Positions 9,368 to 18,851 of a DNA stretch of 64,000 nucleotides are shown here, in pieces. The notes beneath the pieces were generated by a model that ran no database searches, had not been told where the DNA came from, and saw only the letters and a program-made list of their open reading frames with translations. The translations under genes and the position numbers were made by a program. Each line of letters starts with the position of its first letter. Positions within the stretch are counted from its first letter, which is position 1. The DNA lies in NCBI GenBank assembly GCA_977017575.1, contig CDRNVI010000013.1, forward strand, positions 1 to 64,000, given 5' to 3'. This DNA comes from Paramoeba atlantica. Taxonomy: Eukaryota > Protista > Discosea.

Positions 9368-12319
9368 TTAGGGCTTTCTCTGAATATGACTGCCTACCTT
9401 ACTAATGTCTCTCTCGATCTTACCTTCGTATCTCTCCACCTTCTCCATCTCAATCTCCTTCCCGCGACTGACAGCATCCGCCGGGTTCTCATCCGTGGAT
9501 ATATACGCTGCCTTGACACAAATACCTTTCTCCTCTGTCAGTCGCAGGACTTCGCGCAATTCCATTGAAACCCCCTCTGACTTGGAGATCCTCCTGTTCA
9601 GTGCAGCCTGACAGGAGGTGTTGTCAACAAAAACATCCAAGCAGGTTCCACGGGGGCAATGCGCGGAAAACTTCTCGAGGGCTAAGCGGACTGCTGCAGC
9701 TTCCGCACGATTCACCTCATACGAGGAGGACTCAGGCCACGCCTCTCCCGTAATCAAAACCTCTCCGCTGTCTAAATACATAATCGCTCCCCACCCTTTC
9801 ACCGAGGCATCGGTGTAGAGACGATGCTTGTGTGGAACAACATCGGGATGGGGAGGTGGAGACCGTGGAACATTCTCCAACAACTCGTTTCTCCACTCTG
9901 CTAGCATGGAGCGAGTGACGACAGGGAGTGCGACCGGACGGTCACATAACTTCGGGCAACGGTTCAACAAGTTGATACGCCGTTGCGCCACCTTCAAAGC
10001 GAAATAAAATCGCGGCATATTGAGCCGGAGAACTGCGGAGCCATAAATGAGGCGCCCCACCACCGCCTCTAGGTCAACAAAGGAAATGTTGAAGAAAGAG
10101 TCGGCTCGCAGTTTCCTGATCACTCGCGGTCCCAGGCAGACCGTATGCGCGTTATGGTCGAACGCCACCCCATTGAACACGTACTGTGCTACAGGGGGCT
10201 GACCCCGATCTTTGAAAAGACCGTTCGCTTTGTCGCAACGCTCGTCAATGAACTGAGCGTACGTGGTGGCCTCGGAGTCGGTTCCTGCAAACCGAACTCC
10301 GTCAACATAAACGTCGATAGCGCCTCGGTGAAACGAGTAGCGCTGAGAACAAATCGACGCCTCGCCAGCAATCGAGGCGGTAACCGTGTGCATAACCTCC
10401 GGTGCACACCTATGGCCCATCGGGAGGACGTTCATCTCATACACGTCTCCACTGGTCGTTCTAAGGCGGAATTTGGGCCGCGCCCTCTTCGGGATACCAA
10501 TCTGGTAAAACCCGCATGTGAAGTCCCGCTTCACAGCCATCGGCTCGTGCGCCTTATGAAGATACTTGGAGGGATGATATAATGGGACCTTTGGTTCATA
10601 TGATTTTAATCTATCGTTATCGTCCCTTGTCCATGAAATAAATCTTCTGCGCTGATTGCCCTCATCATCGGTCTCCACAACCGTGAAGTGAATCACGAAC
10701 TGCATCGATGGGCGCTTTCTCAACTCCTGCTCCGGGACCTTAGAGATTATGCCTGCGTCCTCCAACAATCGGACGTCCGCCTCAGGCAATGAACCTTTCA
10801 CACTAGGTTCGGGGTACGGGGCTTTAGGTACCCATAATAATTCATCCACTACCTTGCGAAAACGAGTGGCAGCTGACATACTCATCCACTCCTTAACCTG
10901 ATCCAAATGGATAACAGGTATAGACTTCTTAACGTGCAAAGGTAGGTGTGCGTCGCGTGCCTTGGCTAGCCGTGAAGAGCGGCGTGCACAAACAACGGAG
11001 TGCCTGCGAAGGTAAGGCACTTCCTCGAAGCACTTTGCCACGTGCTCCGAGGTTACAGCACTGGGAGACGTGCTGAGACTCTCTGCGTCCCGAGAGCCCT
11101 TGCCGTTGTAATACTGCTTGCGTTGTAGCGCAACAGTGATTCGACGTTGAGGTGTTTCGTGAGGTTCTGGACGTCCTCCATCCTGAGATTCCCGAGGGAG
11201 ATCTCGTGGAATAGGTAAGTAATTGCACCTCTTTTTATGGAATGTGTTCCATACCCCGGACCGAGAAGTTGATTCATCCTGTGGTCCATCTCCCGGACCG
11301 TCGTGTAACACAGGCGTTGGCCTGGCCTCAAACTTCCCACAAACTGAGCCAGTTCGGGTGTCCCCGGGCCAGTCACTATCGCGTAGAGGTACGGCCGGTA
11401 AGGATTCAGACGGGTTATCTTGGTCCCCCTGCCCCAATAGATGATTACCTCGTGACTGGCCACACCCACGAACTGCTCCCGCCTCAGGTCGGCGGTCTCG
11501 GTCCATCTCGCAGCGGCTTTCCAACACAGGAGGCAACACATGCTCTCCTTTACGTCGAGATGACGTCTCAGCTTCTTTAGAAGAAGTGGCGTGATTGGTA
11601 GCATCTGCCGCGTGGGTTCTAGCCCCCCCTGCGCCTGCAGGGCCTTTACGTAGAGACTCAATGGGGTACCTTCGATTCCCATGAGCTCGAACAGAGTCCT
11701 CAATGCCCCTGCGTACCCCATGCGCGTCGAGGTAGCGAGAGGCAGAGTCTCCAGGAAGAGCACCGCGTTTGCAGGATTCGCGGTGATTCCCTTCGCCTGG
11801 CAATACTCGCGCAGGCGGAACCAAAGTCGCTCCCTTGTGGCCCACGTGGCCGTTGCCCACATGGGCTGGAGCGCCTCGCCCAACTGGGTGGCGCGAGGAT
11901 CGTCGGCGGGCATCCTCAGAATGGCCTCGAGCAGCTGCTTGCGGTGTTTTCCTGGCGGCTGTAGAGCGTCGGCGGTTACGACGGCGGCGGTTTGGGCGGC
12001 GGCGGTTTGGGCGGCGGCGGTTTGGGCGGCGGCGTAAACGGGAACAGGGAACCGAGGTAGAGGTCGGGCCGGGAGGGAGACACTTCTGCGCTTCAGACGT
12101 AACGGGGAGAGAGGGCGGGGAGGAGGAGTAGTGCCACGCACGCGTGGCCGTCTTTCGCGCTGGCGGAGGGACGGAGAGGAAGCAGGGGTAAGAATATCCA
12201 CCCGTCGTCGCCTGGGACGACGGGCACGAGCAGTAGTTGGGGTGGGGGGCATTTCCTAGTGGAAAGCCCGTGTTGCGCCGTAACGGTTGGCGCCGCCCAC
12301 CACCCCGCCGCGAAAATCC
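9368..12319 (-). CDS. Family 1 pol (RT + RNase H); frame is open back to the slippery heptamer at 12313-12319
   Basis: KRDFTCGFYQI, PMGHRCAP, YVDGVR, LYTDAS, VNRAEA, VDNTS, NPADAVSR. Manual translation upstream of the GTG at 11860 shows no stop up to the GGATTTT site. Confidence 0.88.
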   Translation of the reverse strand, partial: GFSRRGGGRRQPLRRNTGFPLGNAPHPNYCSCPSSQATTGGYSYPCFLSVPPPARKTATRAWHYSSSPPSLPVTSEAQKCLPPGPTSTSVPCSRLRRRPNRRRPNRRRPNRRRRNRRRSTAARKTPQAAARGHSEDARRRSSRHPVGRGAPAHVGNGHVGHKGATLVPPARVLPGEGNHRESCKRGALPGDSASRYLDAHGVRRGIEDSVRAHGNRRYPIESLRKGPAGAGGARTHAADATNHATSSKEAETSSRRKGEHVLPPVLESRCEMDRDRRPEAGAVRGCGQSRGNHLLGQGDQDNPSESLPAVPLRDSDWPGDTRTGSVCGKFEARPTPVLHDGPGDGPQDESTSRSGVWNTFHKKRCNYLPIPRDLPRESQDGGRPEPHETPQRRITVALQRKQYYNGKGSRDAESLSTSPSAVTSEHVAKCFEEVPYLRRHSVVCARRSSRLAKARDAHLPLHVKKSIPVIHLDQVKEWMSMSAATRFRKVVDELLWVPKAPYPEPSVKGSLPEADVRLLEDAGIISKVPEQELRKRPSMQFVIHFTVVETDDEGNQRRRFISWTRDDNDRLKSYEPKVPLYHPSKYLHKAHEPMAVKRDFTCGFYQIGIPKRARPKFRLRTTSGDVYEMNVLPMGHRCAPEVMHTVTASIAGEASICSQRYSFHRGAIDVYVDGVRFAGTDSEATTYAQFIDERCDKANGLFKDRGQPPVAQYVFNGVAFDHNAHTVCLGPRVIRKLRADSFFNISFVDLEAVVGRLIYGSAVLRLNMPRFYFALKVAQRRINLLNRCPKLCDRPVALPVVTRSMLAEWRNELLENVPRSPPPHPDVVPHKHRLYTDASVKGWGAIMYLDSGEVLITGEAWPESSSYEVNRAEAAAVRLALEKFSAHCPRGTCLDVFVDNTSCQAALNRRISKSEGVSMELREVLRLTEEKGICVKAAYISTDENPADAVSRGKEIEMEKVERYEGKIERDISKVGSHIQRKP
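11053..12252 (-). CDS. Family 1 tyrosine recombinase
   Basis: WKAAARWTE (R), GTKIT (K), GTHSIKRGA (H..R), TKHLNVESLLRY (H..Y). It is in frame with gag, 3 nt after the gag TAG. Confidence 0.92.
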   Translation of the reverse strand: MPPTPTTARARRPRRRRVDILTPASSPSLRQRERRPRVRGTTPPPRPLSPLRLKRRSVSLPARPLPRFPVPVYAAAQTAAAQTAAAQTAAVVTADALQPPGKHRKQLLEAILRMPADDPRATQLGEALQPMWATATWATRERLWFRLREYCQAKGITANPANAVLFLETLPLATSTRMGYAGALRTLFELMGIEGTPLSLYVKALQAQGGLEPTRQMLPITPLLLKKLRRHLDVKESMCCLLCWKAAARWTETADLRREQFVGVASHEVIIYWGRGTKITRLNPYRPYLYAIVTGPGTPELAQFVGSLRPGQRLCYTTVREMDHRMNQLLGPGYGTHSIKRGAITYLFHEISLGNLRMEDVQNLTKHLNVESLLRYNASSITTARALGTQRVSARLPVL

Positions 12320-13262
12320 TGTTGCGGGGTGCGCTGGGTACGGAACTGCCCCCCCTGCTGTTGGGACGATTGGGGGCAGTTCGATCGTAGGTGGCCTGGC
12401 TGATGGCAGCCAAAACAGAAAGGTCCTTGGCTGCGTCGTCGGGGAGCACGCGTAGCGGTTCGGCCCCTTAGTTGCTCATCCACAACGAGCTGACCGTAAC
12501 GGTCCTGAGGATCGTCGTCGCGGTGCAACCGCTGTTGCACACGTTCGACAGCAACGCCCGCCGCAGCCCAATAATGGTTGCGAAGCTCTTCGATGATGAG
12601 AAGGGCTACGGCGAGGTTGTCCTTCTCTAGCCAACCCTCTGTGTTGCGCGCAGCGTAAACCCATTCAGTCAACATTTTGAACAGGCGCTCACGCTGCGGC
12701 GGAGGGTTGAAGCGTACCCAAGCTGCGGAGCTTCGCGCAGCTCACGGATGAGTTCACGTGGCTTGAACAAATCATCCGTGTCGATCCACGGTTGCCAAGT
12801 AACCGGATCGTAGGGGGAGAAGCCTTTCGGGTCCGTAATACGGACGCGTTCAAACGTGGGGATCAGATCTTCAACTGGTTTCCCACCCGGCATCTGCGCC
12901 CGAACATGGGCCAGTTCCAAAGAGTGGTAGTTGATCTCGGGATGGGGAAAACGGTAGGCAGTGTTCTTGTCCCCATCCCACTCGGCGAACAACTCAGTTG
13001 AGTTAGGGTCCTTTGGATGCGTCATATGCACCAACCCTATAACCGTCTGCCGTAGGCCATCCCGGGGAAGAGACCATACAGCTTCAACGGTGACCTCGTA
13101 GTCTTTGCGCAGAAGCTCAATCACTTTCGTGATGAATTCTTCTTTGCTAGATTGTGTCATGATCCCACGCGCATCACAGCGTGAACGCTGAGGCATCCCG
13201 ACGTGGTCAAGGTCGAGGGCCTCGTAACGGCGCGGCGAGCGAGAAGCCTCAACCTGGTCGGG
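12256..13262 (-). pseudogene. Family 1 gag-like ORF with CCHC knuckle, frameshifted near 12710 and 5'-truncated
   Basis: ORFs 12669-13196 and 12256-12675 join into a homologue of the family 2 gag if 1 nt is restored (FNPPPQRERLFKMLTEW). The knuckle is CFGCHQPGHLRSNC. Confidence 0.85.
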
Positions 13263-14006
13263 GTTGTCTTAATAAAAAACGTTGTCTTAATAAAAAACGT
13301 TGTCTTAATAAAAAACGTTGTCTTAATAAAAAACGTTGTCTTAATAAAAAACGTTGTCTTAATAAAAAACGTTGTCTTAATAAAAAACGTTGTCTTAATA
13401 AAAAACGTTGTCTTAATAAAAAACGTTGTCTTAATAAAAAACGTTGTCTTAATAAAAAACGTTGTCTTAATAAAAAACGTTGTCTTAATAAAAAACGTTG
13501 TCTTAATAAAAAACGTTGTCTTAATAAAAAACGTTGTCTTAATAAAAAACATTGTCTTAATAAAAAACGTTGTCTTAATAAAAAACGTTGTCTTAATAAA
13601 AAACGTTGTCTTAATAAAAAACGTTGTCTTAATAAAAAACGTTGTCTTAATAAAAAACGTTGTCTTAATAAAAAACGTTGTCTTAATAAAAAACGTTGTC
13701 TTAATAAAAAACGTTGTCTTAATAAAAAACGTTGTCTTAATAAAAAACGTTGTCTTAATAAAAAACGTTGTCTTAATAAAAAACGTTGTCTTAATAAAAA
13801 ACGTTGTCTTAATAAAAAACGTTGTCTTAATAAAAAACGTTGTCTTAATAAAAAACGTTGTCTTAATAAAAAACGTTGTCTTAATAAAAAACGTTGTCTT
13901 AATAAAAAACGTTGTCTTAATAAAAAACGTTGTCTTAATAAAAAACGTTGTCTTAATAAAAAACGTTGCCTTAATAAAAAACGTTGTCTTAATAAAAAAC
14001 GTTGTC
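13263..14006 (+). repeat. 18-bp satellite array (AATAAAAAACGTTGTCTT)n, about 41 units
   Basis: Near-perfect tandem units with no spacers. Confidence 0.98.
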
Positions 14007-14119
14007 TGTAAACTTGAGAAAGTAATTTTGATTACGTCTTATATCGAAAACGTATGGCATTATTATCATTATTGTTGTACGTGTTAGAACATTTCCGCTA
14101 TTTGAAAAGAAAAAGTTTT

Positions 14120-15433
14120 ATGCCGACAACTCGATCTCAGGCCGCTGCGCAAGCCGCAATACGCCCAGAGCATGCTATTTCTCCTGAAGAGGACACAGAG
14201 GAGCCAATTCCAATTTATCCAAATCTGAACAAGCGCAGAGCGACGCGTCAACGATCCCGTTCTGTACCGAGACTCGCGAACCCCTTTAGCCGTGTAGTAG
14301 AAGAAGAAACGAGTTCGCAAACTGCGGCAAGCGCACAAAATGGTGCTGTTGATCCGCGAGTCCAATCTGCCAACCATATGCTGGAAGTATTTGGTGGACT
14401 ATCAAGACAACTTGAGACACTTCTGAAAGCCCAACAGGAGCAGCAGTCATTTTGGGAGCGCCGTACTACACAGTCAGATGAACGATTAGAGGCGCTTATT
14501 CAAAACCTACGCGTCAGCCCTTTAGCTTCTGGGAACGACCGTTCCACTCCGGTACCCACCTCTCAGACTTCGGTGAGAAACATAACCCGAAACCCAGCGA
14601 TGTCCGCGCAACCTCTTTCAGAGGACGAAGTGCAAGAGAAGGTTTTACGCATTACAGCACTACTGGAAGAAAATGAGGTTGAAATCGAAGTAACCTGGTA
14701 CCTCGAGAAAAACGGCCCACTTACCGCAATAACATGGCGAGGCAACCCAAAGGCGGGTAACGATGATGATGGAAATCCCAATTTGATTGTTAAATACGAA
14801 AAAGGGGACTTTCCTTTCCCAAAGGATGGTGTCATCTACACAAGAGTTCACGTCGTTAACCAGATTCCAATAATGCCTGGGAAGATTGAGGACGCATCAG
14901 AATTTGAACCGTGCGAAGAAGTGCCTGGGAAGTTTGTGTTTCACGATGTTCGGACGTGGAATGAGTACCTCCGATCGGTCGATCAGCACAGTGTCGATTT
15001 ACTAGAGCATCGTATTCGTATCGACCTAGAATTGCCAGCAATAATGACGGAAGATTCGGCCTTTCATTGGAGCCTATTGCGAGAATGGATGCTCGATGCG
15101 TTCCGTCGGGGAGGTATTGACTTGGAGGATCCACATCAAGCAAGCATAGGACAAAAGTTACTTGACAAAGTGCGTATAACACAAGGCGTCCTTCGTGGGG
15201 CTGATTCAACGTACGTAAGGACTCGCTACGAAACTCAACGCAGCGATGATACATTGGGAAATACGATACGTCAGAGCATTTCCTATGGTTCGCGCGGACG
15301 AGGTCGAGGGCGTGGTGGACATGTTTCTTATCGAGGATCGTTTCGTGGAGGATACGGCGCCACGTCGAGCACTACAGCAGGAAGCTATGGAAGAGCGGGT
15401 TTTCGCGGGAGGGGGTCTGGCCCGCGAAGTTGA
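14120..15433 (+). CDS. Family 3 gag-like protein with RGG-rich C-terminus
   Basis: ATG lies 1 nt after A1 (MPTTRSQ...). Position and partial similarity match the family 1/2 gags. It ends GRGRGRGG..RGSFRGG..GFRGRGSGPRS*. Confidence 0.85.
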   Translation: MPTTRSQAAAQAAIRPEHAISPEEDTEEPIPIYPNLNKRRATRQRSRSVPRLANPFSRVVEEETSSQTAASAQNGAVDPRVQSANHMLEVFGGLSRQLETLLKAQQEQQSFWERRTTQSDERLEALIQNLRVSPLASGNDRSTPVPTSQTSVRNITRNPAMSAQPLSEDEVQEKVLRITALLEENEVEIEVTWYLEKNGPLTAITWRGNPKAGNDDDGNPNLIVKYEKGDFPFPKDGVIYTRVHVVNQIPIMPGKIEDASEFEPCEEVPGKFVFHDVRTWNEYLRSVDQHSVDLLEHRIRIDLELPAIMTEDSAFHWSLLREWMLDAFRRGGIDLEDPHQASIGQKLLDKVRITQGVLRGADSTYVRTRYETQRSDDTLGNTIRQSISYGSRGRGRGRGGHVSYRGSFRGGYGATSSTTAGSYGRAGFRGRGSGPRS

Positions 15434-18360
15434 CTCTCCGAAGTCCGCCCCCGTGGCAAAAGCCAGTCAAAAATAGGTTTAAAAGTTCTTTCTACAATAA
15501 ATCAAAACCAGAATATGAAAAAAGTTTTAAAACAATCACAGTCCAGCAAGTTTCATTCCGACCATCAAATTACATTAAGTCAAAAAAGCAAGTTAGTTTC
15601 TCTACCGCAACGTCGCACCCGTTCGGTAAAAACGATCAAAATAAGTACAAATCCATCTCAACCAATAAAATTCCAGAGCGAAAAGAGGATAACTCCGGTT
15701 CACGGACAATTGAAGACAATTACATTAAGTCAAAAAAGCAAGCTAGTTTCTTTACCGCAACGTCGCACCCTAGCAAGAGCAGCATTCCAAAGAAGATCTT
15801 ACAGCGAGGAAGTTCAATTTGTAATGGAAGTCATGGGCATAAGAAAATGGACGACACAACAAGCATTAGTTCCAATGTGGTGTCAGACAACATGGTTAAC
15901 GCGTGCCCGCCTGCTACGAATGTTGCATTCCCGCCGTCTCAAATTATTCGACGACGATGTCGTAAAACTAATAAACGACATGTCCTTGTCACTCCAAACG
16001 AAAGAAACGTATCTGAAGCACCTTATAGCATTGATGGTACAGTCCGGGAAGCTAGCAACGCATTCCCGTCTTCTGCTAAAGTCACTAATTCGACGCGGAT
16101 CGCAAATTCCATTTCAACAAGCCCAGCCTTTGACCAAGGCACAACTGAACAAGTTGCTACCATTTATGACGTCAGAAATGGCAGCTACAGTACTGATTGC
16201 CTACAAAACCGCATCTCGTGCGGGGGAAGTCGCGCTTTTGAAACGAAGGGATTTCATAGTGGCACGACCGGACTGCATCATCCTGTACTGGGGGCACAAG
16301 ACGAAAACAACCAAAGCTCACCCTTTTCGCCCGGACACAATGGTAGTTATAGAAGGGGCCTACACGAACCAAATATATCAATACCTACGTTGCCTTTCCC
16401 CCAACACTCATATTTCTACCCTGAGCTCAATGGAAATCACTCGTTTCTTTCGGCGCCATCTGGGCAGAGGATACTCCTCCCATTCCATCAAACGGGGGGC
16501 TATTCACCAGTTGATGGAACATGTAGCCGGCAAACGTATCACATTGGAGGAGGTGATGCGTATCGCGAACCACCGCCAGCTCCCTTCCCTGCTACGATAC
16601 TCGGGGGTGAACGAGCACACCGCGCGAGCTTTAGGAACACAGAGTACGACAAGGCTCCTTTGAAAGCTCGATTTCTCACCGATCTAAATTTAAGCTGGGA
16701 TACACTAGACAAAGATGCCCAATTTTCCACCCGGAGAGTATGGTCTCGCCCCCATCGAATGATGCAGCCACCCACCCCTGACGAAATGAAACTTCCTCTT
16801 CATGCCCCATCAGTGCCTTCTTTGGATACTGCTCGCATAAGAAGCTGGATGCAACCGGAAATGAAGTGTCGTTTTGACGAGGTATGGAAGTTACTAACCA
16901 ATCCTCAGTGTTTAGAGACAAATGTAAATTTGTGTTCCGTAAAGAGCTCAACTCTGTCACAAAATGATATCAGTAAACTTCTGAAGTCGGAAATAATACG
17001 GCGCGTGACTTATGAAGAATTGGAAAGCCATCCAACGAAGGCTCAGATAATACCGTTTACGACTTTTGAAGAAAGAGACAGTGGTGCCCGACGTCGATTT
17101 ATATGCTGGCCAAAAAGTCATAATCTAGCTTTAGAACATAAATACAAAGCCGATGTCCCGATCGGACAACCAGTATCTTACGTAAACAGAGTACGTTACG
17201 AAAGGGGTATGAAAAGAGATTTAAAGGCCGGTTTCTTTCAAGTCGAACTACCAGCAGCAACACGGGCCTACTATCGGTTTTGTTATGGCGCTGCAACATA
17301 CGAAATGACGCGAATGCCCATGGGGCATGCATGCGCACCGGAAATCCAACAAATTCTAACGGCAACTCTTGCGGGGCACGCGAATTACAGCGCACAAACC
17401 GCGGATTCTCAGGGTTTTCGCACGGACCAACTTGATGTTTACCTTGACGGTATAAGATACTGCGGATCGAAAATCGAAGTGACCGCCTACGAACGTTTCG
17501 TTGACGAGCGAGCAAACATGACACATATGACTTTCAAAGAAGAAGATACGTGTAATGCAACGAAGTACGATTTTCTCGGTGTTCGCTATGATCACGACAA
17601 AAAGTGCTATAATTTGAGCGATCGCTTCATCAAAAAAATACCTCACGAAATTGCTTCACACGCTCCCTTACATGCGTATGAATCATTATGTGCCAGGCTC
17701 GTATATGCATCTGCAGTTCTTGGTGTTATTATGCCCAGATACTACTGGGCTATAAAATTCATTCGACGTCAAATATCGAAGCTAAACAAAGGCATGATAC
17801 GAGAGCATGATACCGTAAAATTGTCGTATGTGGTGAGCGTACAACTCAACCGGTGGATTCAAGAGGTGAAAAATAATCAACCTCAACTGTATTCCATAGC
17901 TGAGTCGTCAAAATTTGCTACTCTCTACACCGACGCTTCCCTAGATGGTTGGGGTGCAGTTCTTTTTCTACCCGACGGTACTGTTTATGGCACCGGGGCA
18001 GCTTGGGACAAAGATATTGAGATTAATCACGGGGAAGCCTTGGCGATCGAAAATGCTCTGATAGCCTTTGCAGAGCATTGGAACCAGGTAAAATTTATAC
18101 GACTTCGTGTAGATAACACAAGTGTTGAAGCCGCCATGAGGAAACGATGGGCGGATTCGTACAATATATCCGATGTACTAACCCGAATCCTGTCTTATTT
18201 ACACCTGAATCATATGCTGGTCTTTCCGGAGTATGTCACCACGCAAGAAAATCAGGCTGATGCGTGGAGTCGTAATCGCTATGATACTTGGCGAGATGGA
18301 GGAGTACACAAACTTGCGACTGGGTGGGTGCCGCCGACACCCAGTCGTGAGTTCTTTTAG
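15397..18360 (+). CDS. Family 3 pol (RT + RNase H) in the -1 frame from slippery site 15397-15403
   Basis: KRDLKAGFFQV, PMGHACAP, YLDGIR, FLGV, LYTDAS, GEALA, VDNTS, NQADAWSR. The frame is open from 15250 and has no ATG upstream of the overlap with YR. Confidence 0.9.
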   Translation, partial: GFSREGVWPAKLTLRSPPPWQKPVKNRFKSSFYNKSKPEYEKSFKTITVQQVSFRPSNYIKSKKQVSFSTATSHPFGKNDQNKYKSISTNKIPERKEDNSGSRTIEDNYIKSKKQASFFTATSHPSKSSIPKKILQRGSSICNGSHGHKKMDDTTSISSNVVSDNMVNACPPATNVAFPPSQIIRRRCRKTNKRHVLVTPNERNVSEAPYSIDGTVREASNAFPSSAKVTNSTRIANSISTSPAFDQGTTEQVATIYDVRNGSYSTDCLQNRISCGGSRAFETKGFHSGTTGLHHPVLGAQDENNQSSPFSPGHNGSYRRGLHEPNISIPTLPFPQHSYFYPELNGNHSFLSAPSGQRILLPFHQTGGYSPVDGTCSRQTYHIGGGDAYREPPPAPFPATILGGERAHRASFRNTEYDKAPLKARFLTDLNLSWDTLDKDAQFSTRRVWSRPHRMMQPPTPDEMKLPLHAPSVPSLDTARIRSWMQPEMKCRFDEVWKLLTNPQCLETNVNLCSVKSSTLSQNDISKLLKSEIIRRVTYEELESHPTKAQIIPFTTFEERDSGARRRFICWPKSHNLALEHKYKADVPIGQPVSYVNRVRYERGMKRDLKAGFFQVELPAATRAYYRFCYGAATYEMTRMPMGHACAPEIQQILTATLAGHANYSAQTADSQGFRTDQLDVYLDGIRYCGSKIEVTAYERFVDERANMTHMTFKEEDTCNATKYDFLGVRYDHDKKCYNLSDRFIKKIPHEIASHAPLHAYESLCARLVYASAVLGVIMPRYYWAIKFIRRQISKLNKGMIREHDTVKLSYVVSVQLNRWIQEVKNNQPQLYSIAESSKFATLYTDASLDGWGAVLFLPDGTVYGTGAAWDKDIEINHGEALAIENALIAFAEHWNQVKFIRLRVDNTSVEAAMRKRWADSYNISDVLTRILSYLHLNHMLVFPEYVTTQENQADAWSRNRYDTWRDGGVHKLATGWVPPTPSREFF
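15515..16663 (+). CDS. Family 3 tyrosine recombinase (frame is open from the gag TGA at 15431-15433)
   Basis: YKTASRAGE, TKTTK, SSHSIKRGA, ANHRQLPSLLRY. There are 27 open codons between the gag stop and ATG 15515. Confidence 0.92.
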   Translation: MKKVLKQSQSSKFHSDHQITLSQKSKLVSLPQRRTRSVKTIKISTNPSQPIKFQSEKRITPVHGQLKTITLSQKSKLVSLPQRRTLARAAFQRRSYSEEVQFVMEVMGIRKWTTQQALVPMWCQTTWLTRARLLRMLHSRRLKLFDDDVVKLINDMSLSLQTKETYLKHLIALMVQSGKLATHSRLLLKSLIRRGSQIPFQQAQPLTKAQLNKLLPFMTSEMAATVLIAYKTASRAGEVALLKRRDFIVARPDCIILYWGHKTKTTKAHPFRPDTMVVIEGAYTNQIYQYLRCLSPNTHISTLSSMEITRFFRRHLGRGYSSHSIKRGAIHQLMEHVAGKRITLEEVMRIANHRQLPSLLRYSGVNEHTARALGTQSTTRLL

Positions 18361-18851
18361 CAAGTTAGTTTTGTTTTCTACTATGTGACATTCTTTCGCG
18401 AATCCTAAATAGAATAGTTTATAGTATCCTTATATTTCTTACGTCACGAGTTCACCAATAACATTCTGGTTTTAAATTTGTGTTACTTCGCTTTCATTCA
18501 CAATGATGCGGAATCGAAATTATGTAAACTTGAGAAAGTAATTTTGATTACGTCTTATATCGAAAACATATGGCATTATTATCATTATTGTTGTACGTGT
18601 TAGAACATTTCCGCTATTTGAAAAGAAAAAGTTTCCCGCCCGCCTCCCCACGCCACGTGCCGCCGACACCCAGTCGTGAGTTCTTTTAGCAAGTTAGTTT
18701 TGTTTTCTACTATGTGACATTCTTTCGCGAATCCTAAATAGAATAGTTTATAGTATCCTTATATTTCTTACGTCACGAGTTCACCAATAACATTCTGGTT
18801 TTAAATTTGTGTTACTTCGCTTTCATTCACAATGATGCGGAATCGAAATTA

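Larger units (their letters stand above)
8133..13262 (-). mobile_element. VIPER/TATE-like YR retrotransposon, family 1 copy 1 (5'-truncated by satellite)
   Basis: gag, YR and RT/RNaseH ORFs. 3' repeats: B1 8569-8801, A2 about 8390-8568, 24-nt spacer 8366-8389, B2 8133-8365 (B1 and B2 are both 233 bp). The element ends GTGGATTTC-3'. Confidence 0.93.
14007..18851 (+). mobile_element. VIPER/TATE-like YR retrotransposon, family 3, apparently complete and intact (4845 bp)
   Basis: A1 14007-14118 matches A2 18523-18634 (112 bp). B1 18329-18522 matches B2 18658-18851 (194 bp). Spacer 18635-18657. All three ORFs are open. Both flanks are 18-bp satellite and rejoin as GTTGTC|TTAATAAA. Confidence 0.96.

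Noticed and set aside
13157-14087. Long ORFs (KKRCLN)n, (IKNVVL)n, (FFIKTT)n here and at 30156-32429 and 34008-34598
   Set aside because: They are by-products of an 18-bp unit that lacks stops in several frames; there is no codon-level variation pattern or other evidence of coding.
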